DNA of 63,894 nt, the filler included, from Octopus bimaculoides (taxonomy: Eukaryota), in the NCBI RefSeq assembly GCF_001194135.2. It is 6 parts of 6 records of this genome, joined end to end, with 100 filler letters (N's around TTAATTAATTAA, not from the genome) between each part and the next. Parts side by side here need not be neighbours in the genome. Positions count along the whole stretch, not along the records: positions 1 to 18,700 come from NC_068981.1; 5 more parts are not named here. The stretch is one strand, 5' to 3'. Shown piece after piece: positions 1-13,374 of the stretch. A program made the translations under genes and the position numbers. The first letter of the stretch is position 1, and every line of letters begins with the position of its first letter. The notes under the pieces were generated by a model, which worked only from the letters and a program-made list of their open reading frames with translations, was not told the origin of the DNA and ran no database searches.

Positions 1-48
<48 letters not shown>

Positions 49-271
49 GCATAAACATGCACTTTCACATATGCATACTATCTGTACGGTTACACACATA
101 CATGCATATGTATGTGCGCATATATATATATGTAGATAACTGGTCTTTGGCTGCTTATTGACATTTTTATTCTGTAGTCAATTTTTATTATTTATGTTGC
201 TATCTTGTTGACACTATCCTGTTGATCTGCAACCTTCGACTCGTGCAAAACCACAAGCCTGATATGCTTTC

Positions 272-327
<56 letters not shown>

Positions 328-767
328 TCTCTCTCTCTCTTTCTCTGTCTCTTTCTCTCCTTCTCTCACACACACTATTTATATAACTGTCTATTTTTAA
401 CAGCATCTTGGGATTTGAATTTGGAGATTTATCAAAGCCAAAGAACTTCAGTAGCATTACTTTGACATGTATCATTGCAAAGGTGTATAACAGGATGTTC
501 CTGAAGCGGATGGGAGCCCACATTTACAGCCATATGTTTATCAAAGTATTAGAGTTATATAAATAGAAAAAGCTGTAGGATGCAGTAAATTACTAATTTG
601 TAGAGAATACTAATTTAAAGAAGCATTCTGTATCGATAGTAATTGCAGAATTAACGAAACCAACCCATCGATAAATGGGAAAGCTACAGACGTGGTATAC
701 TACATGCAGCACACGGGAGGGAATTATAGGAATGCAACCACAGTTTATATAGGTAAAACGGCATGTA

Positions 768-1634
768 TCAGGTCAACCCATAAGTTTTGTCCGAATTTTG
801 AATAAAGAAAACAAGTTAAAATGTTATATTTAACTGAAATTTAATCATCAATGTACTTTCTCTGATTATCTATGACTTCCTTCCATCTATTTACAAGCTT
901 TTTACTCCCATCAATGTAAAGCTCATTTGGCTTTAAAGTCAAGAACCCCTCCTGGCTTGCGAAAGTTATGTCCCCCAAATGATTCTGTAAACTACGAAAC
1001 AAATGGTAGTCTGAAGGAGCAAGGTCGGGAGAATAAAGTGGATGAGGAATTTTTCCCAGCCAAGCTCTACGATCTTTTGTGACGTGATCTTTGCAGTGTG
1101 GGGTCACGCATTATCCTGATGAAATATCATTCTTTTTCGATTCACTAAAGCGGGCCTCTTTTTTCTTCAAAGCTTGGTTCAAACGCTCTAATTGCTGACA
1201 GTACACTTGAGCATTGATTGTTGCATTAGGTGGTAACAATTCAAAGTGAATTTCTCCTTTGCAATCCCACTAGATAGGGAGAAGAACCTTATTCCCATGA
1301 AGTCCCCTTCTCGGTTGTGGTTGTGCTTTTTCCCTTTTACCAAGCCACTGTTTACGACGTTTAACATTTCGATAGAAGATCCATTTTTCGTCACCAGTAA
1401 CAAGCCTATCCAAAAAAAGGTGAAATGACTTCGCGAGAATGGAGAGATTTGCGGTTGATTTCGGACAATTCATGACGCTCCCATTTTCCAAGTTTAGGAA
1501 CCTTTCCAAGTTGTTGAAGGTGACGATGAACAGTTGTTTGGTTTGAACTAAGCTTTATTGCCAATTCTTCAACTGATGATGCAGGATTTTCTTCAAGTAA
1601 TGCCTCAAGGAGCTTATCATCAAACTCGACTGGA
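768..1634 (-). mobile_element. Mariner (DD34D) transposon, defective; 5' part runs into a gap
   Basis: Minus-strand translation gives GKWERHEL (WVPHEL-like), VTGDEKW, HQDNA*PH and YSPDLAPSD; 34 residues between the 2nd and 3rd Asp. TA at 766-767 precedes TIR-like tcaggtcaacccataagttttgtccg. Stops and frameshifts present. Confidence 0.92.
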
Positions 1635-3207
1635 NNNNNNNNNNNNNNNNNNNNNNNNNNNNNNNNNNNNNNNNNNNNNNNNNNNNNNNNNNNNNNNNNN
1701 NNNNNNNNNNNNNNNNNNNNNNNNNNNNNNNNNNNNNNNNNNNNNNNNNNNNNNNNNNNNNNNNNNNNNNNNNNNNNNNNNNNNNNNNNNNNNNNNNNNN
1801 NNNNNNNNNNNNNNNNNNNNNNNNNNNNNNNNNNNNNNNNNNNNNNNNNNNNNNNNNNNNNNNNNNNNNNNNNNNNNNNNNNNNNNNNNNNNNNNNNNNN
1901 NNNNNNNNNNNNNNNNNNNNNNNNNNNNNNNNNNNNNNNNNNNNNNNNNNNNNNNNNNNNNNNNNNNNNNNNNNNNNNNNNNNNNNNNNNNNNNNNNNNN
2001 NNNNNNNNNNNNNNNNNNNNNNNNNNNNNNNNNNNNNNNNNNNNNNNNNNNNNNNNNNNNNNNNNNNNNNNNNNNNNNNNNNNNNNNNNNNNNNNNNNNN
2101 NNNNNNNNNNNNNNNNNNNNNNNNNNNNNNNNNNNNNNNNNNNNNNNNNNNNNNNNNNNNNNNNNNNNNNNNNNNNNNNNNNNNNNNNNNAAAACAATCA
2201 TACAGAACAAAAAACTGAAACTGTAACTTTAAATTCAATTGTCGCAAAAATTTGTCAGAATTTTGAAGAACAGCATCGTTTATTAGAATTAAATATAAAT
2301 TAACTGTAAACAGACAAAAAAAAAAATCATCGTGGATAAAAGTGACTGTTGTCTCAATATGACTGTTGTCTCAATATGAAATGAAATTACAATCCCAATG
2401 AAAAGAAGATATGTGCAGCACATATACAATCTGAGCCAAATCGTTTTGGTTTTATGCAAAGACAGAAAAATATGTACAACTTGACTTCGATCCACAGCGC
2501 CTTAACAAAAGTTATTAAAGTTACTATGAATTATGACCCATAAATATGAATCGTTCGGATCTACACATGTCTAAATATTTTCCGCAAACAAAACATTATA
2601 CAGCAATGCACAATAGTATGTACGTATGTATGTATGTATGTATGTATGTATGTATGTATGTATGTATGCAGATTTGTATGTATGGTTTTATGTATGTCTT
2701 CTCATGCATATATTTGTGTATCTAGACATGCTCATATATACTTAAATGATAAACTTCTGGGAAGTTTTACAGATTTTTACAGTTCCAGTGATGGACTGGA
2801 TCTGTAGTCTTCGAATCGGCTTCATCCTGAACTTGTAATCTGGATAGTGTAACTTCAGATTTCTCAATAGTTCAACGTAGGTATTCTTTTTCAACGATCT
2901 TCAGCTTTATGTTAACATCTGCTGGGCAGCTGGTTTCCACAACTGTACACAGTTTTTTTCTCTATTCCAAATCATTATATCAGATCTGTTCTATTTAGAT
3001 TTTATTGTTTTCACTGGCATATTTATACGTATATACGTACGTACGTCTGTCTGTCTTTATGTATGTATGTATGTATGTATGTATGTATGTATGTATGTAT
3101 AGAAGTATATGTGTGTGCCTGTATGTTTGTTTGTGTTTTAAAAGGAGTGATATTTTAGGGAATATAATCACTCGTATACAAACATACTGATAGCCACAGT
3201 TTAAAAG

Positions 3208-3603
3208 TTGGATCTTCACGACGACAATGCACCCTGTCACCGAGCCCTCTTCACTCGCGAGTTTCTCTCCAAAAACAACATGGCATCACTTCCGCGCCCG
3301 CTCTATTCGCCAGATTTAGCACTTGTAGCTTTTCATCCCTTACTCAAGGCGAAAAGGCAGCCAAAAGCAGCTCAAAGGTCGCCGTTTTGACACTGTTGTC
3401 AAGATCCAAAGCGAATCACAGGACGTCCTCAACTCGCTAACGGAAAGCGACTTCTAGGCTGGATTCCAGAAGTGGCAGGAACACTGGGACCGGTGTATTG
3501 CTGCGCAAGGTGACTATTTCGAAGGAGAGGATGTTAAAACTTAGGTAAATAAGTTATTTATTATTAGCCATTACTAGTCCGAGAACTTTTTGATACCGAC
3601 GCG
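3208..3603 (+). mobile_element. Mariner transposase 3' fragment with right TIR
   Basis: HDDNAPCH...LYSPDLA, then KW..HWDRCIAAQGDYFEG; ends agtccgagaactttttgataccgacgcg followed by TA. Confidence 0.88.
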
Positions 3604-3737
3604 TATTCAAAATTCTTCTATTCTGTCCTGTTTTGTCTTCAGAAAAGTTGTTATCATAGCTCTTATTTAGTTATTTATTTAGACACACTCAGAAGAAAAT
3701 AAAGTGAAAAATAACATTCTGTATTGTCAACCACATT

Positions 3738-3795
<58 letters not shown>

Positions 3796-3903
3796 CTTCT
3801 ATCTATCTATTGTCAACCAGTGTAAAGATCTTTTCATCGCTATCGATTTCTGTCTCTCTCTCCACGCACACGCACACACATGTACATACATACAAACATA
3901 CAT

Positions 3904-3970
<67 letters not shown>

Positions 3971-5034
3971 AATTCACGCACACACGCATATGTACTTGTG
4001 TGTGTGTGAGTGCGTGTGAGTGTGCGTGTGCACGTGTGTGTGTTTGTGCAATTATGTATGTATGCATGCACACACCTTCATAGGCGCATATAAACATTAT
4101 CAGGGAAGCGATGGAAAGCGTTACGTTTCTGCGATAAAAATAAGAAACATGCTTATGAAGCAATCAACCCTCTGTGTTAATATCTAGTCATCAAGTCTGC
4201 AACGTGTAAATTGGTTTTTTGCGAAATCGTTCGTTTGAACTGTTAGTGATGTTCGTTCCTTTTTCTTTATTCAATTAGATTTCTATTGATGCTGATTTTA
4301 TGGAAGGTGAACCTAGAATGAAATGTTGGAGACAAACTGAATTTACAGGAAGTAATGTGCAATACACGTTTCTTCTTTTGTTTCTCAGTTTTTTTTTATG
4401 TATTTATTACAGCTGTTTAATCTTTGGTGTTCTCTAATCGAGAAAACTAAAGATCCAAGACATTCCAGTCATGACGATCACGTCATTTGTGCAACTGAGT
4501 ACGATGCCCGTATCATATAATTTTTTTCTGATAGTAAGATGTGATTTGAGCGAAATTTCATTGCCATTTATAGCAGGTCGAATAACAATATAGAATTCCT
4601 TCCTTGGTTTGCTTGTGCATGTATATGTGTGTTTGTGTTTGTTAGCACTGATCCAACACGTGAAAGAAAGCGCATAGTGTGTTCGATACTCGGCAGCGCA
4701 CTTTATTTCACTTTCATCCAGTTTACTTTGTTGGCAAAAATGAGAAGTGCTTCTATTTTTCGAAGAGCCAGCCTTGTCACATTCTGTGTCACGCTGAATC
4801 ATCTTGAGAACTACGTTAAGATTACGTGTGTCTGTGGAGTGCTCAGCCACTTGCACGTTAATTTTACAGGCATACTGTTCTATTCATCGAGTGATTTGGA
4901 ACACTCGTCGTCGTAACCTACGGAGGGCCAGTTAGTTAGCGATTATCGCTCGATATTGCCGATAATTGGTTGAATGGGTAAGACCGGTTCGCATACCTAT
5001 CTTCCCACTTACACTATATCACCTCCTGTACTGT

Positions 5035-5320
5035 ATATTCGGGCTCACAGTCATGAGGTAATGATTTCGATTCCCTGACAGGGCTGTGTGTTGTGTTCTT
5101 GAGCAAGACACTTTATTTCACGTTGCTCCAGTTCACCCATCTGTAGAAATGGGTTGCAACATCTCTGGTGCCAAGCTGTATCGGCGTTTGCATTTCACTT
5201 GGATAACATCGGTGGCGTAGAAAGGGGGCGACTTCCATAAACAACCTTGCCTAGACTTGTGCCGCGGAGGGGAACTTTCTAGGTGCATCCCATGCTTGTT
5301 CATGACCGAAGAGGTCTTTT
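5035..5320 (+). mobile_element. tRNA-derived SINE with Deu/Nin-like core
   Basis: B-box-like gatttcgattcc, then ttgagcaagacactttatttcacgttgctccagttcacccatctgtag, resembling the Deu/Nin SINE core. A related decayed copy lies at about 29880-29990 (-). Confidence 0.6.
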
Positions 5321-6761
5321 ATTTCTTTACTGCACATTCAGACATGTTGTGATTAATCATAAGTTGTGAAGTGGTGGGAAGTCTGAATATAAACACACTG
5401 CATATTCTCTTCAAAGTCAAACCTAAGAATTCTGGTAAATTTACATTATGAAAGCTGTAAAAACAATTAAAAATATCTGGGAAATTAAACATGAATATCT
5501 AATTGGTGGGTCGAGCAAATTATACCCTTATATATAGCTGAGGAAGAGAATAGCATAAAAGATGACACAGTCTCAGTCAGTAATAAGAAGACGATTCAGG
5601 AGATGTTCAGAATTTATTGTACGCTAACTTAAGAAGCCCTTCGGGAATTAATAAAATTACAAGTGTTACGTTCATAACCAGTTTATTATTATCAATTATT
5701 ATTAATTATTACATTTCTCATGACATTTATATATGATTACACTGGTACTCTCTTTGGTCTTACTCTCTTTGGTCTTACACTCAATCCTTACATATTAAAG
5801 ATCTAGCCACACTGAGTTTTAAACATACAAAGTAAAGGTATTTATGTACTTCATGTCATCTAATTAGACACTCAGTTGTTACTGATGCCCTTTCTATCAC
5901 TGTTCACTTTCACAAAATAATGTTTCTAATATAGGCACAACGCTAGAAATTTGGGGGAATGGTGCCAAATACCGCTAGTGTTTCATTTTGTCGACCCCCG
6001 CAAGGAATAAAAACGAAGTTGACCTAGGTGGAATTTGAGCACAGAACCTATCGAAATAGTAACAAAGAATTCTATCATATACTCTGTCAAACAATCGCGC
6101 TTCGTAGACATGAATTACTGGCAGTTTGAGATTTGTTTTTAATAAACCGTATTACATTATTTTACTCAAAAATATTCGGCCATTTTGGGTTAACTACAGC
6201 AGTAGCAACAACAACGTCGGTAAAAACAACAAAATACATGATTAAATTGCTTTGTTAAGTATTGGTTCAAACACTTGCGTTAAGATAAAATAACTTGCAT
6301 CTTTACGTAAAACGTCTATGGTTTACTTTTTCTAACAAATTTATATTTTAGAAAAGAAAACCAAAAGAAATTAAAATAAAAAATGAAATTGCTAATGAAA
6401 TTACACAATACTTTGTGTTGACATCAAAGATTTTTAAAGCAATCAGGAAATACTGTTGATCAGTTTAAAGAAAACAAAATTTCTGTCAAAGGAAAATAAA
6501 ATTGTAGCCAATTTCGTTATAGCTCACGTGTCATGTGTCTCGTTGTTGACTAAAATAGTATTTTTCTCAAGGGCTGAAGTCAAAAGGGAGCAGACAAATT
6601 ATCACGTTTAATAAAATTAAGATGACTAAAGTTTTCAAACATGTGCAACGCCATGATGAAGAATTACTTGAAAGACGAACAATTATTTGGATGTAAATTT
6701 TATTTTGTTTTTTCATTGAAAAGAGATCTACCTAGGGGCGTCAAGATCCCTATTCTGGGAC

Positions 6762-6978
6762 AGCGAGCTGGCAGAATTGTTACCGCGCTGGACAAAATGT
6801 TTAGCGGCATTTCTCCTAGCATTACGTTCTGAGTTCAAATGCTGCCGAAGTCGATTTTGCTTTTCATTCTTTCTGAGTCGATAAAATGAGTATCAGTCGA
6901 GCACTGGAGTCGATGATATCGTGTTATCCCTTCCTTCAACTAAAATTGCTGGCCTCGTGCCAAAATTTGAAATCAATG
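6762..6978 (+). mobile_element. SINE family A (MetaSINE-like core)
   Basis: gcgagctggcagaa head and gttctgagttcaaat B-box; core ttttcattctttctgagtcgataaaatgagta. Same family recurs at 15305, 21383, 48110 and 49650, with partial copies at about 5925-6050 and 49930-50025. Confidence 0.8.
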
Positions 6979-7665
6979 ATAAAGAGGAACGCAGACGAAA
7001 AATGCTACTAAAATTCTCTTTGGGTGTACTGGTATTTCCTTGCTTCAGAATTATTACTGTGTTAAAAGATTCCGCCTCAGTGGTGGAGTAAATTTTTCAT
7101 CCAGGCACAGATAGTTGTGCGCTACCCATCAAACATGGTCTAATGTGGTCCAGCTGAAATCCAATTCGGATGATAGAGAGAAGGTAAGCATAGATATGGT
7201 TACTGCCACAAGAATAGCTGAATGATTTGGAAGTTCGCTTCGTAACTAAGCAAGATCTGCTTAGATCCTTCCACAGAGTCCATTGGGCAAGTGTCTAGGG
7301 TCAATCAAATCTTTGTGATTGAAATTTGGTTGAAGAGAATTATATGGAAGCCCATCGAAATAAACGTCATTGTTCTCGGATAATAGCCTAAGACTTAATC
7401 CATCGTCTATCTTAACGTTGCCACCTCATCTGACCCATGTTTTACTTAAGCGAGCATTTGGGCTATATGTCTCCTGTGTAAGGATAACTCCTTCCTTTCA
7501 TCTCACCAGTCTCTGACGTTTGGAAAGTCACGGAGCTGCTGTTATTTCCTAATTTCACGAAGCCTTTAAAGATAGCCTGGCTATGAACTGGCGATGGTTG
7601 CTGTTGGTTTAGGAGTTAGTATTTACTTCGGTGGAAAATGTACAAATAATAATAATAATAATAAT

Positions 7666-8290
7666 ATGAAACTGGAAACATGGAAAAAAGACCGACCGAG
7701 AAAAATTAAAGAAATATAAACACGGAAGAACGGGTCTGATGCAGTAATAGAGCAGTTAAAACGGAGGATCATGGCAAATAGCCAGAAGATCAGATGATTT
7801 GTGAACAGAAATAAACACTTCGAGGAGAACAGATTGTTCAAAAGTAACCAGAAGCAATACTTCCGAACGTTAGAAGGAGAGAATGAGGAAAATGTTCTTA
7901 CGAAGAAACAATGTGGTGCATGAAAAGGGATGCAATGTGAATAGGAACTATCAAAACAGAATTCCAAGGAGGAAAGAAACAAAGGAATATTGTCATTAGC
8001 AAGGATGACGTGAAGGAACAAGTGGGTAAAGTGCCTAACTGGAAAGCCTCCGAACCAGATGGGATTCATGGCTTTTGGCTGAAGAGATGCCACGCAGTGC
8101 ATGAAAGACCAGCAGCCCAATTGGATGATTGTGTCCAGAAAGGTACAATCCTTGTGTGGGTGGTGACTGGGGAGACAACACTTATAATGAAAGGTAGAAG
8201 AAAAGGGAATGTTGTGGGAAACTACCGTCCCATAGCATGCCTAAACATAATCTGGAAGATACTCACTGGAATATGTGCAGCAAAGACATG
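7666..8290 (+). mobile_element. R4/Dong-like (RLE) non-LTR retrotransposon RT fragment
   Basis: ENRLFKSNQKQY then PNWKASEPDGIHGFWLK...GNYRPIACLNIIWKILTGI (RT domain 0-2). Begins directly after (AAT)n at 7644-7665. Confidence 0.85.
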
Positions 8291-8402
8291 TAGACACACA
8301 GCTGAGTGTATACATATGTGTATGTATGTAAGTATATATGTATGTATGTATTTATGTATGCATGTATGTGTGTATTTATGTGTGTGTACATCTATCTATC
8401 TA

Positions 8403-8437
<35 letters not shown>

Positions 8438-8702
8438 CTGGAATAAACAAAAAGCAGAAAACAAGTTATTGAGATTTTAGATATTTTATTACGTACGTTT
8501 TAATTGCCAGTAATTAAGCAAATTGATTACAAACTATGTCATCAGATGGAAGATATTGAAACATAAGGATAAAACCTAGAGTAATATATTTCTTGTACAT
8601 AGCAAAAAGAATCATGTCTCAACCAAGAAACAATAATGTATGTATGTATTTATGTATGTATGTATGTATGTATGTATGTATGTATGTATGTATGTATGTA
8701 TG

Positions 8703-8734
<32 letters not shown>

Positions 8735-11063
8735 TGTATATATGTATGTATGTGTGTGTATGTATGTGTGAGTATGTATGTTAGTATGTATGTATGCATG
8801 TATGTATTATGTATCTATCTATCTATGGGTACTTAAGTTAAGGCCCCAAGTTAGTCCCGTATGGTCCGCACACCTCGAAGTTAAATGAATATAAAGCAAA
8901 TAAGTAACAAGTATATCCAGGTATGAGTGCATTACGGCCGTTTCAAAAAGCATTACATCAATTTGAAATAAACCGCTCTCCTCCGACGCATACGACCATA
9001 TAGATTTCCAGCATACAGGATACAGCATTATAATTTTAAGAAAATTTTTTCATCAGTACTAGAGACCAAGATAATTACATTCTTTCTCTTTGCTATTTTT
9101 GTGGCAAAATGTATTTAGGGAAAAAATTACTTAAAGCCTACTATAATTTAGAGTGGCAGAAGAAAATAATGGGGATCAAGAAAAAGGAATGGTGATATAG
9201 CTACATTCATATTTATCCTTATCACATTCAAAGGCCTCAATGCACCATGTAATCTACAACCCCTTAGAATTAAATCCAATTGGAATTGACAGTTAAGTTC
9301 TTCTTGGTCGTGATAAATTAATTAACGTCAGATACTCTCCCTTACCCCTATTTTATTGGGGTGGGCCATAAAACCAGCCATATCTACATAAAAGATTATG
9401 TCTCATATATAGAGACATAAAAGATTATGTCTCTATATATCATTGCTCGTAAGGCAATGATATATAGAGAAGAGGTGATAACCAAAAAGAGGAAAGACAG
9501 GGGTGACTTAGCATATTATGATTATCAACTAAAAAGGGACCTAAAATGGAAAAGAAATGAGGTCACAGTTGGATCTAAGCGTGGGAGTTCAAGTAGGGGA
9601 AAAGATATGTATCCGATCTTAGCAAAATTTACGTATTAAAATATCAAAATTTAGAAAACGACTTAAGAACCAAGTAAGAAAAGAAGGATAGATAAATCAA
9701 CCTAAGCCATAAAAGTGGGGTACTTTTATATATAAGAGAAACCTCGTAATGCTTCTTCCTAGCATAATGCTAAGGTGGTCACGCTAAAATTATTCAACAA
9801 TGAACCTATAAATAAATTCAGACCTCGTCCGAGTAGGAGTACACATTTTCTATTGAATCAAAACCAAAGATTAAAGGATAAAGACAAAATAAGATATATA
9901 TTTCTATATCAGGTACACTTATTTTAAAACCTTGGATAAATATATTTATATAAGAATTACCAACATTATGAAAAAAATCTGAATGGATATAAAAAGGTAT
10001 AAGAAATACCACATATATATACATAAAAATATCATATACATGCATACATACATACATACATACATACATACATANNNNNNNNNNNNNNNNNNNNNNNNNN
10101 NNNNNNNNNNNNNNNNNNNNNNNNNNNNNNNNNNNNNNNNNNNNNNNNNNNNNNNNNNNNNNNNNNNNNNNNNNNNNNNNNNNNNNNNNNNNNNNNNNNN
10201 NNNNNNNNNNNNNNNNNNNNNNNNNNNNNNNNNNNNNNNNNNNNNNNNNNNNNNNNNNNNNNNNNNNNNNNNNNNNNNNNNNNNNNNNNNNNNNNNNNNN
10301 NNNNNNNNNNNNNNNNNNNNNNNNNNNNNNNNNNNNNNNNNNNNNNNNNNNNNNNNNNNNNNNNNNNNNNNNNNNNNNNNNNNNNNNNNNNNNNNNNNNN
10401 NNNNNNNNNNNNNNNNNNNNNNNNNNNNNNNNNNNNNNNNNNNNNNNNNNNNNNNNNNNNNNNNNNNNNNNNNNNNNNNNNNNNNNNNNNNNNNNNNNNN
10501 NNNNNNNNNNNNNNNNNNNNNNNNNNNNNNNNNNNNNNNNNNNNNNNNNNNNNNNNNNNNNNNNNNNNNNNNNNNNNNNNNNNNNNNNNNNNNNNNNNNN
10601 NNNNNNNNNNNNNNNNNNNNNNNNNNNNNNNNNNNNNNNNNNNNNNNNNNNNNNNNNNNNNNNNNNNNNNNNNNNNNNNNNNNNNNNNNNNNNNNNNNNN
10701 NNNNNNNNNNNNNNNNNNNNNNNNNNNNNNNNNNNNNNNNNNNNNNNNNNNNNNNNNNNNNNNNNNNNNNNNNNNNNNNNNNNNNNNNNNNNNNNNNNNN
10801 NNNNNNNNNNNCGCCTTCTTTCATCTTCACCTATAGAACATACAGTATCAATTTTGTGCTGGCTTTCTTTCACTTTCAACTATAGAACATACATAGGGTA
10901 TGAAACATCAGCGTTTGTCTCTCACCCGCTATCCGTCTTTCAACTTTTCCTGCAGAAGCTTGTTTTCTGTATCTGTTTCTTTCTCTTGTCTCTCTGTCAT
11001 TTTCTCACTCTGCGTTTCTCTCGGTCATTCCGTAAAAAGGTGTATGCACGTGTATATGATATG

Positions 11064-11127
<64 letters not shown>

Positions 11128-11207
11128 TGTGCGAGAGAGAAAGAGAGAAAGAGAGAGAGAGAGAGAAAGAGAGAGATAGAGAGAGAGAGAGAAAGAGAGA
11201 GAGAGAA

Positions 11208-11268
<61 letters not shown>

Positions 11269-12793
11269 AAGAGATTGAGTGAGTGAAGGTATCGTAATGA
11301 TGGATGTTTTTTAAGGTACACACTCATATAGAAAATGTGACGTTATTGTCGTAGTCGTAATATAAAATGCGTACGATAGTTGAGTTATAGAAAAGATTAT
11401 AATTTTAAGTTTTTGTAATGGAAATATGTCAATGAAAGTAAAGTTTAGTTGGTAGCGGAAACAGTACTGAATGTTTTAATACTCCATACGTTAAAATCGG
11501 CACCTCGGTTTTGGAATGCGCAAGGAACATACACATACAAACGCATACACACACACACACACACATAGAAACTCTCCTTTATAGTTATAGATTTTAGATC
11601 AGTAATAATCTTCTAGGTATCTCAAGTACTTTTATCAACTACGTTTCGTGTGTTAAGTAGGTCGTAATCATCCCGAACTTTAATTCATATCTTTACTTTA
11701 TTATTCATCTAAACGCATAGGAAGCATTTCAGCAGTCCATGCTTCTACTGGTATCACATCATTTAGTTTAGTGACCATAATATAGTTGAAATCACACGCT
11801 TGACTTAGTATGTTTCTCAGTTTTCGCACAGTTTTTTTTTTATATATAATACTAGCATTAGCACGCATTGCAATCGAGTGGAGTTCAGAAGATTTTCCTT
11901 TCTTTATGACTCCAGATATAGCTGATTTATTACTCTCCGTAATATGGTGACATAGGTTGTTTAAATTGCAAAGTAGTTTGATGCCATCAGCCTTATGTTT
12001 ATATTACTTTCCGGTCGTTTGTAACTCGTATGTTTCCCATAACGCTTAATTTGACAGCCTGTCCTGCATTATCCCCTCTTTATATTTCTTCTGAGCAAGT
12101 TTATTGCATTTGCTTATCAAACGTTCCACATTTTCCTATTTCGCCATGCCAATATTCGATATAATTTGCTGCTGTTATTTGAAGAGGTGAAACTAACACA
12201 CAGAGATGTTGCGAACCGTTCGTTCAAGGTTCTTTACAGAAACCATCTTACAGATAAAAATAGAAATAAAAAGTTAAGTAAAAGGAATGAAAAGAGAAGG
12301 ACGTTGTGCTAACGGGAGAGAAATAACCTCTTTTGTAGTTGCTGTCGTTTTGCTATCGTGTTTTGTTACTATTTGCTCAATTTTAGTTTAGTTTTGACCT
12401 CAAAAACATTTATTTCTTTGATAAATTCGATGGACAAAAGATGACGGCCTTTCGTGGGGGTACGCTTATACATTTAGTTTTCAATACCTAACTTTTTGTT
12501 TCGTTATTTTTACGGAAACCCATTGATTAGTAGTAGAGGCTTTAATGTCATCCAATGGCCGTGTATCAAATCACACTGATGGTTCATCACATGATATATT
12601 ATTTTCTTTATCTCTTCTTCCCTACATTTTTTTTCCTATGTCCAGCTTTTCTTCTTCTGCTTCTCTTTCTTAGTATTGTGACCACGCTTTGAATCTGTAA
12701 TTATAAAGCATTCACGATGAAATCACATCGATTATCAATAGATCGAAGGCAGTTTTAACAAAAATTTAGATTTATTGTATGGAGCCATCAGTC

Positions 12794-12830
12794 TATAAAA
12801 GCAATCACGCCGCCATTTTGTCCCAGTTTT
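12794..12830 (+). promoter_or_regulatory. Candidate Pol II core promoter (TATA, YY1, Inr-like)
   Basis: TATAAAAG at 12794, CGCCATTTT at 12811-12819, CCAGTT with A at 12825 (31 nt from the TATA T). Motif match only. Confidence 0.3.
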
Positions 12831-13312
12831 CCACGTTTCCTTTTTCTATCTTCTGAAGAGGAGTTTAATTTTTCTTCCATCGCATTTCTTTTTTTTCTTT
12901 CCTTCTCTCCTTCCTTTTTCTGTTCTTTCTTCAGCCATCACAATGGTCATCATCGTTATCGTATTTGTAAAAAACATCGTGATGATCCTCCTACTTCTAC
13001 TGCCCTGTTTTACCTCCACTTTGCTATGAGGGTGATGATAATGATGACGATGATGATGGTGGTGGTGGTGGTGGTNNNNNNNNNNNNNNNNNNNNNNNNN
13101 NNNNNNNNNNNNNNNNNNNNNNNNNNNNNNNNNNNNNNNNNNNNNNNNNNNNNNAGATCATCATCCTTGTATTCATCTCATCGTTGGTTCATTCGTTACA
13201 TTTTCTCTTTTCATTTACCTTTTCCTTATTATCCACAAAGTCGTTTCCATCATCACCCCAACATTAACTACTACTACTACAACAACTACTACTGCTGCTG
13301 CTGCTGCTGCTG

Positions 13313-13374
<62 letters not shown>

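Noticed and set aside
2343-2376. 17-bp tandem duplication (similar 15-22 bp cases at 5746, about 54025 and 57081)
   Set aside because: Ordinary slippage or repair microduplications.
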